From Anthoceros angustus (taxonomy: Eukaryota; Plantae; Anthocerotophyta): a DNA stretch of 64,000 nt. Where the stretch lies: contig MU008176.1 of assembly GCA_010909165.1 (NCBI GenBank), positions 1,108,856 through 1,172,855 of the forward strand, written 5' to 3'. The notes under the pieces were generated by a model, which searched no databases, was not told the origin of the DNA, and saw only the letters and a program-made list of their open reading frames with translations. The stretch's first letter is position 1, and each line of letters starts with the position of its first letter. Positions 13,601 to 25,579 of the stretch are shown piece after piece. The position numbers and the translations under genes are program-made.

Positions 13601-15722
13601 TGCGGTGTCTCGAGGTCGCCTGAAATGACCCTCCTCGTCGGCGCGCGTTGGAAATAACGGCCGGGCGGGAGGTGCCTCCTGTCGTAGCGCGGAGGTGCGC
13701 CTTACTCGACCTTACGCGCGCGTACTGCAGCCTTCTGTTGCCGCCGATCCAGGCGTGAATACACACCTCGCGGCCCAGCAGGTCGGTCTGGCTGCTGCAT
13801 GCCGACCTCCACTCGGGGCCGTCCGTGGCGCCGCTCGATGCATCTTCACGACTCAACTTCTAAATTACTTTCTGGCGTACTTATCTGTTTTGACCGGGTG
13901 GGGTCGGACTTATCCGATACCGCGGTCAGTAGCTCGTCATAGTGGTACCGGTCCGTTACCCACTCGGTCCGGAGTATACTCCGAGCACGGTCCGCCAAGG
14001 ACCTCCCCATTGATGGGGCAAGTCGGGGCTGGGTTCTCGGACCTAATCGGGTCCCTTAGGTCTGATTGCAGTCAGGAGCTTCACCCTCCTTGGCCCTCTT
14101 GGCACCCAATTCCTTATTCGCCCTCTTAGTCACAGGGCTCGGAGGGTGAGGGGTTCTGCCTCTCCCGGTCGGCGGCAGGACCCGGCTCAGTGGGGTTCTG
14201 CGGTGACCTCCTCCTTGGCGGCGTCCCTTTACTCTTCTCACGCCTCTTGACCTCTTGCCACTCGTGGGCGGGGCAAAACCTGAGCACCAGTCTGCGTTGG
14301 CGGTGGCACCGTCTTCCGCCTCTTGATTGCCGAGTCTCGTCCGTTGTGGTGGGGTTTGATGTTGGAGTCGGGGCCGTCTCTGCCTTGGTGCTCGTGAGGC
14401 ACGAGAGGAGGAAGCGGGGATATCTTCCCACACTTCCCTAGGTGGTGAGGGGTCCGTTCGCGTATGGAGTCAGTATCCCTTCGATCGTCCTCCTCCGGAC
14501 CCGTTTGGCCCTAGGGGTCGGGCCTCTACCTCAGGCGCCTTTGCACCGCCAGTAGGGCCGCCAGCCCTTTCGGGCGCCGCTCTACCTCCCCATCCTTGAG
14601 GTCGTAATGTCCCCATACATGGATCGGGTATGGGGATAGTCCGGGCAGGTGGCTTCTCGCTCCTCGGCTTGTGGGCCTCTGGCTGAACACAGCGAAGATG
14701 ATCCTTCCCAGTCGCCCTCTTGCCCATTGCAGCATGCGGGAACACCAAATTATCACCAAGGTGATCCACCTTGGTGAGCAAGTTCGATGGACAATGATCG
14801 ACTCACCCTCACCCTTACATCCGGTGTCAGGCATCAACCCCAGTTGGTTGTCCTGCGTTCAAACATCGCGCGCCCTTGCGCCTCTATCTTTCCCTCGCCT
14901 TGAGGGGCTCATCGCAACCTCCTCCGTTGGGCGGTTGTAAGCCGCCCTCGGGACCTCAAGGTCCATCTCACAGGATCCTCCGGAGGTTCTTGGACGAACC
15001 TCCTTGTTGGCCGCCAACATCTTGGCGAACTCCGGACCCGGGGTGACTTGTCAAGCGTCCGGGCACTGGAACACGTCTAAGTGCCACTCTTGACTAATCC
15101 TCCGCCTCCTCCGACCATGGCCCAAAGTCCGGATAGCGCGGGTTACAATGTTGCGCTCTACCGGGTTCCATGGCTCCCATACCTCCATGACCTTCTTGGG
15201 TCCCATCGCCTTCTTCTCCTTTCTTATGTGGCGATTGCGAGATCGGGCACGTCGCCCTCTTGTTGCGTTGTGCTCCAACTAGAGCAGCAGATGCTGGCGT
15301 TCAAGAGATAGCGCCCGGAGGCGGGTTGCGGGCGCGAGGCTGCGGTGTCTCGAGTCGCCGAAATGACCCTCCTCGTCGGCGCGCCGTTGGAAATAACCAT
15401 GGGCGGGAGGTGCCTCTTCACATTGCGCGCGAGCGCATGGCCTCGACCTTACGCGCGCGTACTCGGCTTCTGTTGCCGCCGATCCGCGGGCGTGAATACA
15501 CCGCCTGCGCGGCAGCAGGTCGGTCACGCTGCTGCATGCGACCTCCACTCGGGGCCGTCCGTGGCGCCGCTCGATGTCTTCACGACTCAACTTCTAAATT
15601 ACTTTCCTGGCGTACTTATCTGTTTTGACCGGGGTCGGACTTATCCGATACCGATGCGCGCGATCGTAGCTCGTCATAGTGGTACCGGTCCGTTACCCAC
15701 TCGGTCCGGAGTATACTCCGAG
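12177..15722. repeat. Tandem duplication, ~1.8 kb unit x2, inside the solo LTR
   Basis: CACGGTCCGCCAAGGACCTCC at ~12176 and ~13986; duplicated peptides such as MGPKKVMEVWEPWNPVERNIVTRAIR at 13075-13464 and 15051-15278. Confidence 0.9.
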
Positions 15723-15836
15723 GGTACCGGTCCGGGCAATCCACTCCTCCTTTTCCGCCTTATTTTATTCTTCGGACCTACGAAAAAACAAAACCCCACT
15801 TATTTCCTAACCCCCAAGGGAAGTCCGTAGCCCACA

Positions 15837-16250
15837 CATACCAAGTCATCAATTGTGCTATTTCCGCCATTCGAAACATGCGTTTCAGTCGCGGTTTCAA
15901 GGGAAAATGCTAGAGGACCTTCCGAGGACTCCCGGCCCGTTCATCAAACCCTTCCCTGAACCGCGGCGTCCCACACTTTGGGCAATGGTTGCAGTCCCCG
16001 TACTCGCCTGAGCGAGCGATCTTTCTCACAAGCATGGATTTTCTCATATCTGGGGCCAAATAGGTGCAACAGTGACTTGGCCTCGTACATGTCCTTCGGT
16101 AGCTCGTTTGGGCGGCAAAAATCCACACTTAAGAGCTTTAAGAGGCATTAATGCGGCGTCAGCGATGTCATACATGGTTTGCCAGGACAACAACAACAGT
16201 GTGGCGCTTAGCTGAATCCACGTGCGTCGTCACCTGGCGGCATGGACAAA
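15837..16250 (-). pseudogene. CACTA Tnp2 transposase, 5' part
   Basis: SATLLLLSWQ...NELPKDMYEAKSLL..PRYEKIHACEKD..CPKCGTPRF..KVL*HFPLKPRLKRMF..LMTW is the typical Tnp2 N-terminal region and joins in frame to 9638. Confidence 0.9.
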
Positions 16251-17829
16251 ACATGTAAACCTCATTTGCAAATCGGGCATCTTGCTCGTGGTCAGGCCGG
16301 TGGTGACAACAAGCGAGAATCGGGGCAGCGCAGCACGGGCAAACAATGAAGCCCGCCCTTGGCGAGGCCGGCAGTTAATTCATGTCCAATTCACAACAAC
16401 CTCATAGAAGCACGCTTGTAAGTGCGGTATCAAGATATCGCAGCGCGTCACCTCCAAATCGAGAACCGGTCCTTCAACATTAGAGCACCTCGACTGACCG
16501 TGGTCGTGATGGCATCGAGAGCAAGTGGGTACGGTTGTGGATTCACGCCATATTCATCCGGGCGGTGAGGCGGCCGGGATGGGATGAATCATTGCATTGG
16601 CGGGATGTTACGGGGCCTAAATAAACACTCCGAGCCGAGCGCACCGGCCGGGTGAGGTGACGGCTATTGAAAGGAGGACATGGCCGCAGCTAGCGGTTGG
16701 GCGGCAGTCGACTCTTGTCTACATGGTAGCCATTGCACTTGCAAACATGTGTTGTGGGCTAAAACAGATGCCCCACCTCCTTCATAGTTTTACATCGGCA
16801 ACCGACGGGAATCGGTTGCATTGAAAGGCAGCGGAAGATGATCATCACAAGGCGCGCCCATCCTTGCTGCAACCCACCTCCTTGATTTGCACTTCGTCCA
16901 TAGCGAGAGATAGTGTTGAGCTCATGCTCTCAAAGTCTCTATACAACTCCCATGTTGCGTGCGCCATTGCAGTGAAAGGGCAGTGCACCCAGTGGCCGCA
17001 CAGCGTGTTCCATGCCGTCTCTTCTGCCGCATCCCAAGTCCATTCCTGTGGTGTGTGTAGCTTCAGCCATAGAGGCCGCGCTTCAGATGTGAAGCCCCCA
17101 CAACGGCAGTTTGTTCTATCCAGAAACAATCGACTCAAATTCTGCAGCAAATCCTCCTTGGATCGTGGCCTGTGCAAAAAGTGTAGCTCCGGTATGCGAC
17201 TTGCCTCTTCTTCCCATCGGAAATTATTGCAGTTCGGCGTCGAAAGCGTGAGGGGGAGACTGGCGCGCGTCCTGACAAAGTTCCTCCCGGCTTCCTCTCT
17301 CCCTTCGTATCAGTAAGGTCGGTGAAGGCGGGGGGAGTGTTGTGTGCAGCTGCCTTCCCCTTCCCTCTCAACCTCCCTTTCGCCTTCAACTTTCGAGGCT
17401 TGCAAAAGTCGCCGCCTTCGTTTCCACCTCGATCCATCACGGTTTGGAGGGCAGACACTTGTATAGTTTGCCGGCTGCAGCGGCCACTATCCGGAGGAAG
17501 GCAACGCCGCGATGGTAAAGGATCCCAAAGTTTGTGAATCCATATTACAGCCATCGGCAAACGGTGCACGATTGACACGCGTCAAACATAAGTGACGTGG
17601 GTGGCGGTGACATGTCATGTCTGCTCCACGGTATGGATGGGCACCAACCCCTATCCATCCATTCCGCGAAGTGGACATGACAGGTCATCGACTTTTATTG
17701 CTGGTGTTGATGAGTAGTACACGTGGTACAAATAGAGGAAGCACATTTCCCAACGCCGCCTTTAAGAATGGTGAACGTATACCCCAGAATGTGAGGTATA
17801 AACTCTTCTCCACTCAGGGAGCACCCTTT

Positions 17830-18740
17830 TACTTGCAGATTTGGGATTCGTCCCTTAGGCTTTGCCTGTGGCCTTCCACTAACACCTACTCTTCTAATCC
17901 TCTACTCGTCTCCTCCTCTTCCTCCTATTCTAACCTCACTGGCTTAGCTGATTCAAATGCTCTCACGGCACAACCGCCTGGGTCGGCCTTCACCAAAGAA
18001 GTTCTTCCTTGGGCAGTTCACTATGAGTTTGACACGGTCGTGAGCACCTCAGGAGTCTTTCCTATGGATCAACCTCTAGCCGAGAGTTCCATGGGCATTG
18101 CCACACACCCAAAGCAAAGCAATTTCACAGCAACCATTCACATCTTTGACCATATCTAGTCCTCACCCTGCTGGGATAGTGCCGCGTCCATTGTGGATTG
18201 GCTCCCTCGCCCTCCTTTTGCTCTTGCCTCTTCCCAGTCCTTGTCATCTTCCTAATGTGTGGGGCAAGTACAATTCTGCCCCTTCCTCCAACTCCGCGGG
18301 GCGGCGCCCTGATTTCTCCCATCATCCAGCAATCGCGCCCTCCTTCGTGCACTCAGGCGCCCTTTCCTTCAGACTCCGCGCCCGCTGGATCACGCCAAAG
18401 GGCACCCTACAGCGGTAGTCGGCGACACACGGGTGGCTGACCACCTACCATGGTAGTCTGATCCCTCTCTCCTCCTCTTTCTTCTTCTCCATCGGTGATG
18501 TCTCTCGGGTGGAGATCCTCCTTGCTCCTATCCTCATGTTTGGTTTGTCCATACCTTGCTTGGAGCATTCTCAAAGTCCTCCACCCCAATTGTTGGCGGT
18601 GTTCCCACTAACTTCTTGAGGCTCTTTTTGCGTTCGTCTCCTCTCCTGGCCCTGGTTCTTCCCTTATTCGTGGGGTGAGGGAACTTCTCACCCCTCCCCC
18701 TTCCTCGGCGGTCCTAATTCCGCTCTTGCAATCCTCCGGT
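17830..18740 (-). mobile_element. Gypsy gag C-terminus/protease fragment, same family as 55080-56330
   Basis: Direct nucleotide similarity to 55095-55390 and 55797-56330 (for example GGCATTGCCACACACCCAAAGCAAAGCAATTTCAC). The retropepsin-like reading is by eye and degenerate. Confidence 0.6.
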
Positions 18741-18797
18741 GGGGCCGTTTCCTAACAAAATCTAAGAACGCTGGTTTTGTGTCAAGCCAGCTTGACA

Positions 18798-19790
18798 TGA
18801 TGCAAAAAAGGTAGAGAGCACGAAAGCCAGAATGCTATATATGAGTAATTAAGAGTACAAGTGATATTGTAAAGAACAAGTGTTTATATAGATAACCCTA
18901 AACAATTAGGTCATCTAGGTGATGCACACTCCTAGATTAAACTAACATATATTTTAACACTCCCACATAAGCTACCCAGTGTGCGTCCATCCAGTTTGGC
19001 GGGAAGAGAGCAACTTCGTTACGCGCAAAGTCCTTACGCTGTTAGCATCCAGTGTGTGCAGAGCATAGGTTACGCTACCCCTCCGTTACATGTCAGAAGC
19101 TCAAGCACAAGCGGCGGCAGCTGAGCTGCATATCTTAAATACTGGCAGTAGAGGCCATAATCCCAGCGAGCTGCTTCATAAACATCTGGTGGCAGCAGCA
19201 GATGGCAACCAGAAGCGGCGCGTGCTACAGACCTGAGAACTACGGGGAAGACGCTGTGCCTAGGAGGAAATGAGCGGGGGAGAGGCAAGGTGCGACTGGA
19301 GCTGGAGTTAGAACTGCGAGGGCTCCGGAGTGGAAACCCTTCAACCTGCAGCACTTTGTGAGTAGCTGCAGCTGGAAAATGGATGTAGCAGCTAGCGTAA
19401 CTATGCGCAGTGTGCAAGACGCGAATAGGGCTAGCTCAGTTGTGAAAGAAGTGGAGGTTGTGGCAGAGCTGCTGGGCACACCCATCCCAGACCCTCTCAG
19501 AGGGATGAGGGTGAGATGGCATGAAACAAACAGAAACCCGCTGCCGGATGACGACGATATGAAGGAGGAAGCGGGTAATGAGAAGGATGCAGAGGCGGAT
19601 GGGAGGAAGCTCCCACAGAAGATTAAGTGAAGAGGGTGCAAGACTAGGTAAGGAAACTGTTGCTTCATCCATGCTCCCTCTTGCTGAAGTGACTGACCTG
19701 AAGGTGTTGTGATCCAGAAAGGGCAAGAAAGGCCTTGCGGATACATGTTGGAGAATGTGCCAGCATGCATGAGCATGAAAGTTGTACACA
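18798..19790 (-). mobile_element. Highly degenerate Copia 3' fragment (RT/RNase H remnant, PPT, short 3' LTR)
   Basis: Minus-strand PPT AGCTTATGTGGGAG (18960-18973) directly followed by TGTTAAAAT; eroded PQG...YGLKQ-like and SRSS..EYR-like traces. The LTR far end is tentative. Confidence 0.5.
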
Positions 19791-20331
19791 ATCGGCTATT
19801 GCATTAGTCGCTAATCCTCGTTATTATGCTCGTATGGACGTACGAAGCATATTGTGTTATATCATTACTATAATCGTGATATTACTTCACGAGGAATGGT
19901 GGTGATTGCTTATACAAATACAGAGGATAATACTACCGATATATTCACTAAGTCTCTTCCGTCTTATAAACGTAATAAACATAGAGAACGACTAGGAGTA
20001 GTTGACGGCAGCAACCTAATCACCTTAGTAGCTGAGCAGGCAAAGTTAACGACAAAATAACACTTTGCAAGCTTAAGTGGGAGCTATTCGAGTGACGAGA
20101 GTGGATGAAGCTAATATGCGTTAGATCCAATCATCCAGTCACTTAGTACATAGTCCTACGAGGAGATCTTTGTGTGCTAGAGCTGAGTGGAAGTGTGGAG
20201 ATATAACATCTACAGATAAACCAGGGTTAATTAGAACTGTCGTTTCAATAAGTTGATAAGTGAACAATTTTGTTAATCTGAATAATCAATGAAAGAAGAA
20301 GTTTGGAGTTTGTCTCGTTTCCCTCTTTTCA
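19791..20331 (+). mobile_element. Copia 3' fragment: RNase H C-terminus, PPT and 3' LTR (~20085-20331)
   Basis: SAIALVANPRYYAR..TKHI..YH..RD...GMVVIAYTNTEDNTTDIFTKSLP...RERLGV; PPT AAGCTTAAGTGGGAG at 20069-20083; LTR ends TTTTCA where TrpRS-unit homology begins. Confidence 0.8.
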
Positions 20332-20648
20332 CTACTACTTCCCCCTGGAGCAGGAGTGGCGCTGTTTGAAGGCATCCCGAATGAGCGATCAAGAGTGGCG
20401 CTGTTTGAAGGCATCCCGAATGGACGATCCCCCGGCATTTTGGTGATGGGCCTACAAACCTGCACGGAGTGCAAGATCCACTGAGCTCAGCACATTTTCC
20501 ACAGGCGTTCTCCGAGACTTTTCGAACAATCTCGTCCATCCCTGTCCTTATCTCGACTTCCCCGTTTCACTGCCGCTGGCGAACGAAACAAACAGAACTT
20601 CGTTTGCCAGCCGGTGTTGCATTTGGGAGGGGCATGAAAATCCGAGCC

Positions 20649-23348
20649 ATGGCTATGGCGCGGGCCTGTGGCCCAGCCTCTGCTGAGTCTCACGGTTTCT
20701 TCGAGTCGCACCGGGTAATGAGTGGTAGCATGCCTTTCGAGTGTCGTGCTTGCTTTCGCTAGGTGCAGATTGTGAGCTTCAACTCCTGCGCTCAATCTCC
20801 GCGTCAACTCTGGTGTGCAGGTGCCGTGGGAGGCTGCCCGTGTTACATTTGCATTGTTCGAGAGGGCCTTCCATGCAAATTTTGCTCTCTAGCAGATTCT
20901 GGCCGCCTTCCGCAGCGAAATGTTTTACAAGGAAATGAAAGGAAGGTCAGCACTTTTGCAGCTCCAGAGGCTCTTGTGTCCCCACCAACAATCGATGCCA
21001 CGAGAGCTCTTCTTCTGTGAAGTGAGTCAAGTGGCTGTTGTTCTGAGCTGGGCTTCAGACTTTCTAGCACTCATCATGAAGTTCAAACATGGTCCATGGA
21101 TCAGGAAAAGTGGTTTCTGGAGTGCAGCCCACAGGAAGCATTCATCTGGGCAATTACCTTGGCGCCATCAAGAACTGGGTCTCGCTACAGGTTGTCCAGC
21201 AGAGTCAGCTTCATTCGCTGTTGTGAATTATTCAAACAGATCCGCGTGTTGATATCAAAAGTGGAGTGGGATTATGGTTTGCACTGAATCCTGAAGAAAA
21301 CATAGGAATCACATCCGAATAACGTTACGGGTTGCCTTGCAGGATGTCTACGACACGCTTTTCTTTGTGGTGGATTTGCACGCAGTACGTTTCTTATGCT
21401 ACGTGCTGTTTGGAAACCCTGCTCAAGCATGAAGTCTGCTTATCTACCCCGTCTTTTCTTTGAAAAAGCTTCCACTTTCCATGGGACTGTGCAGATAACT
21501 TTGCCTCATGAACCACAAGAGCTGTCAAAGGCAACAAGGAAATCCGCTGCTCTGTACATCGCCTGTGGTGTGGATCCTGCAAAGGTGATCTTGTTTTGTC
21601 TGCTGCAACTGTTTTCCTGCCATGCATTCTGATGCTGCAGAGTTTCTTACAGTTCACAAAGCATATCGCTCACAGGCCTCAATTTTCATACAATCCCATG
21701 TCCCGGCGCATACAGAGCTGACATGGTTGTTGAGCTGCATTACGCCGATCAGCCGGTTGCTCAAGATGATACAATTCAAAGAAAAATGTTGCAAGTCGGT
21801 AGGTCCGTGATCTTAATCTTGTCACGTTATAGACAGCAAGTGTTTTGAGTTTTGGTAGTGCAAATGTCCTCGTATATGCCTGCCAATCCGGATTAATGGG
21901 TGCTGGCAAGTGTCAGCCTGATGGTCAGTTCTGTTGGCCAACTGCAGGAGAGGATGTAGGGACTGGACTGCTAACCTATCCTCTGTTAATGGCATCAGAT
22001 ATCCTTCTGTACCAGGTGATCCCCTCAGGTCAAACATTTTGTTCTCACGTCGAGGTTTTCTGTGCACCCTTGTGTGGTCACCCTTGTGGGGAAGATCAGC
22101 GACAGCACCTTGAGCTAATTCGAGATGTAGCAGACCGTGTCAACCACTCATATGGTGGCAAGAAATGAAAGAAGCTTGGAGGGTGAGTGACTGTCTTGTC
22201 CCCACTGCGAGTATGGTCCTCAACAAGAAACGTGTCATCCCTTAAGCGCTAGTGTCCGTATATTTGGTTTGCTTACAGGAGGGTGGCAGGATTTTTAAGG
22301 TAATAAGAAACCATTTCCATCACGTTTGAGTACAGAATGCAAGTGTGGTGCCAGCATGATTGCAAGGACCCTGCGTGTCCATTAGGTTCCAGAAGCATTC
22401 ATCTCACCAGCTGGAGCACGTATAGTGTCGACTAACAGATGGACTATCGAAGGTAATAATCCCTACACTTTTGTCAGACGCACATACATGACATTCGAGA
22501 TTCTCTTGTTCTCATCGAAGGCTGTTGTTTGTTTGGCCACAGATGTCCAAATCCGCACCGTCTGACCAATCACGCATAAATCTCCTCGACACACATGATG
22601 TACTCTGTCCATCCATACAAGATGTTGAAGGACTGACCTCTAGAGGACTTGGCTGATTGGCACTGGACTTTTGCAGGAAATCACGAATAAGATAAAAAGA
22701 TGCAAGACAGATTCCTCTGTTGGGTAAGATCCAAGCTCTAGCCTTGGGGCCTTGGGGAAATGGGGTCTGTCGGGGAGCAGTGTTCTCTAAATTCATGCTG
22801 CGTAGTTCGACAAAGAAAATTCGTGTGCATCTCTGAAATATGTGCAGGATGGAATTTGACAACCCATAGAGGCCAGAGTGCAATCTACCAGCTGGTGTCA
22901 GGCGAAGCCAAGGAGGTATAGCCAAATTCAATCGATGCATATTCGCATCCTTGATGAGGCACCCTATGATCTCCTCACACCCGTGCAGGAAGTATCACCT
23001 GTGTGCGGGGCCATGAATTGGGGCCAATTCAAGCCTGTCCTGGTGGATGCTGTCATTGCCCACCTGGACCCTATGCAGGTACTTTTTACCCACCCCAAGC
23101 ACGTAAGCCAATTCCTAGGCTGGTATGCCAACCACGATGCTGAATTGCGGCGTGGCATGCAGAAACCTTACGCGGAGGTTGTAAACGACCCGTCTTACCT
23201 GGACTCCATCCTTGCCCAAGGGGCGGAACAAGCAGATAGTATCGCAAGGATCACTTTGGACAACGTTTACAACGCCCTGGGTTTCATCAGGCCTCAGAGA
23301 CTGGTCACCTCTGCAACGGAGCTGAAAACTCTGTCCAGGGCTGCTTAA
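20649..23348 (+). pseudogene. OVA4: Organellar (bacterial-type) tryptophanyl-tRNA synthetase, copy 1, disabled
   Basis: Multi-exon gene with [21 protein letters not shown] (HIGH) and MSKSAPSD (KMSKS). Lesions: TGG>TGA in GGKKWKK, loss of the acceptor and CDLVPV codons, +1 frameshift before KMSKS, DNP*RP stop plus 13 bp deletion. Confidence 0.9.
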
Positions 23349-23649
23349 CCTGTCCCAAAAGGAGGAAGGCAGGAGTAAGCCCCATTCCGTTAGCACGAAG
23401 ATTCTTGTGCCAGGCGCATGACTGTGCTGTAGCTAGCTACCTACATACATGTAGGGTCTACCCTTCCGGGCTGGCAGTTTCTGCCGGTTAGCTCAGGGAC
23501 TTTCCTCGACCACGTCGAGGCGCCTCTCTGCCTCCACAAAGTCATGGGGTGGAAACAGCTATATATAGGGCTGACACGCAACCTCCATTAGCGATATGGG
23601 GTATATAGTCTAATCCCAATTGACTTTAGTGATGCTAGGTCGAAAGGAA

Positions 23650-25579
23650 AACAGCAACGCCTCTTTTACAGCGCTGCCGGAGGTGAGCGAGTTCTGGTAA
23701 AGCATCATCGAGCTTCGAGGATGCAGAGAAAAGTGGTTGCATTGCGTCTGATTCCACACTTTTGCATTTCTTCATAGAGCTGCATTGCCTGTTCCCTTTG
23801 TTCTTGCTGAGCATATCCTCCTATCACGGCTGTCCATGATAGTACATCACGCTGGGGCAGCTTGTCAAACACACGCTGTGCCTCCACAAGGTTCCCACAT
23901 TTGGCATACATATCCACCAGAGCACTGCCAATGACAGTCACGGATTCATAGCCCTGGCAATGAATGATATCCTCGTGAATTACAGTGCCCTTTTCTAAGG
24001 ACTGTAATCTCATGAGTTGGCCGTCCACAAGTGACTCCTCTTCCAGTGAAGCTAAGCTGCAGCAAGCCCTCAACATGTTCAGAAGCGTCCCGTCATTGCA
24101 ACCGATACCTTGTTCCTGCGTTTGTTCATAAAGCTGCAAGGCTGTCTCACTTTGTTCCTGTAGAGTGTATGCATAAGCATTGCATTCCATGACACCACAT
24201 TCCGCCGAGGCAGGCTGTCAAAGACACGACGAGCATTTATCAGGTCCCGCATTTTGCATACATGTGCAGAAGGGTGTTCCCAACAAATGGACCAAAAGGA
24301 AGCCTCGCCTGTTCACCTCTGCATGAATCAGCTTACCCGGACTCAGCAGGGCTTGTACTTTCAGATATTGGCCCTCACGAAGTGTGGCTTCTTCATCTGC
24401 TGCCAAGCTGGCACATGCTTTTCAGTCCACCCGGACAGGACTGACTGCCTGGACTGATCGCTTCACGTTGCATTTGAAGATAAAGTTGCAAAGCCTTGTC
24501 CCCCTCTTCTTGCTGCGCATGACCTTAGCTCATGGCTGTCCAAGACGTAACATCGTGCTGGAACAAGTTGTCAAATACCCCTGTGCATCCACCATACTCC
24601 CGCATTTTGCATACATGTCAACAAGCTTATTCCCTACCAATTCGTCTGATTCATATCCCCTTGCACTAACTTCAGCATGAATCTCTCTGCCTTGTTGCAG
24701 AGAATCAGACTTGACAAGTTGGCCATCGACAACCATGTCCTCTTCCTTAGTTGCTGAGCTGCCACGTGCTTTCAGCAAACCTACAAAGGTGCGATCATCT
24801 GGTCTCACATTCTCCTCCTTCATCTCAGCAAATAGTTCAAAGACTTTCTGTCCTTGTTCTTGCTGCGCATATCCTGTTATCATTGCATTCCACGCAACCA
24901 CATCGCGCCTAGGTAATGTGTCAAACACTTGCTGCGCGTCCGCCATGCTCCCACATTTCGCATACATGTCCAGTAGACTAGTTAGTTGCTACAATCAAGT
25001 TTGTATGTAACCCAGTGCTGAAAATTTCTTGATGGATCCACTCCCTTCTTTCAGATCTGCTAAGCTGCTGCAGGCTTTAAGAAGGCTTGAGAAGGTGAAC
25101 CTGTTTGGCTTCACATTGTCCTCCCGCATGTGTCGATACATCCTCAGAGCCTATCGAGGCTGTCCACTCTTGGTATTCCCTGTGATAATTGCTGTCCATG
25201 CGGTAGCATTTCGGTGCCCCAGCCTGTTGAACACACGAAGTGCATCTGAAAAGCTCCCACACTTCACAAACATGTCAACAGCAGAATTTCCAAGAAAGCC
25301 TGTCAAATCCACCCCGTTCTTGGTCATGTGAGCATGCAATTGCTTGGCCTCTGCAAGAGACTTCATTCTACAGCAGCCTTGCAGCAGGAGGACATAAGTG
25401 TCAAAGGAGGTTGCCATGCCCTCCTGGTCCATCAGTCGGAGTGCTTCTTTCACTTGTCCCTGATCACACAGATTCGAGACCTGGAGAGCGACCCTGTGCA
25501 TTTTCGCTTCTTCAATTTCAATGTCTTCCGTCGATGCCGTTCGGCCTGAGCAAAACAGGCTCAGCAATGGACCCAGCAT
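23650..25579 (-). pseudogene. PLS-class pentatricopeptide repeat gene, copy A (frameshifted, no E/DYW domain seen); possible extra 5' exon up to ~26104
   Basis: Repeated DMYAKCG...A..VFD.LP.RDVV.WNAMI.GYAQ motifs; a 4 nt AACT duplication before the LLDMYAK codons shifts the frame and is shared with copy B. Confidence 0.9.

Larger units (their letters stand above)
9639..15836 (-). mobile_element. Large solo-LTR-like insertion (~4.4 kb after removing an internal duplication) carrying an internal ORF
   Basis: Termini TGTGG...CCACA; flanking CATCT (9634-9638) and CATAC (15837-15841) form an imperfect 5 bp TSD; removing the insert restores the Tnp2 frame LMTWYVGRQSENGDM; no terminal direct repeats. 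Confidence 0.8.
2415..16250 (-). mobile_element. Decayed CACTA (En/Spm) DNA transposon containing a nested LTR; right terminus not identified, element probably extends further right
   Basis: Transposase_21, DUF4218 and DUF4216-like segments occur in canonical order on the minus strand, followed by a second ORF and a terminal repeat field. Confidence 0.85.
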
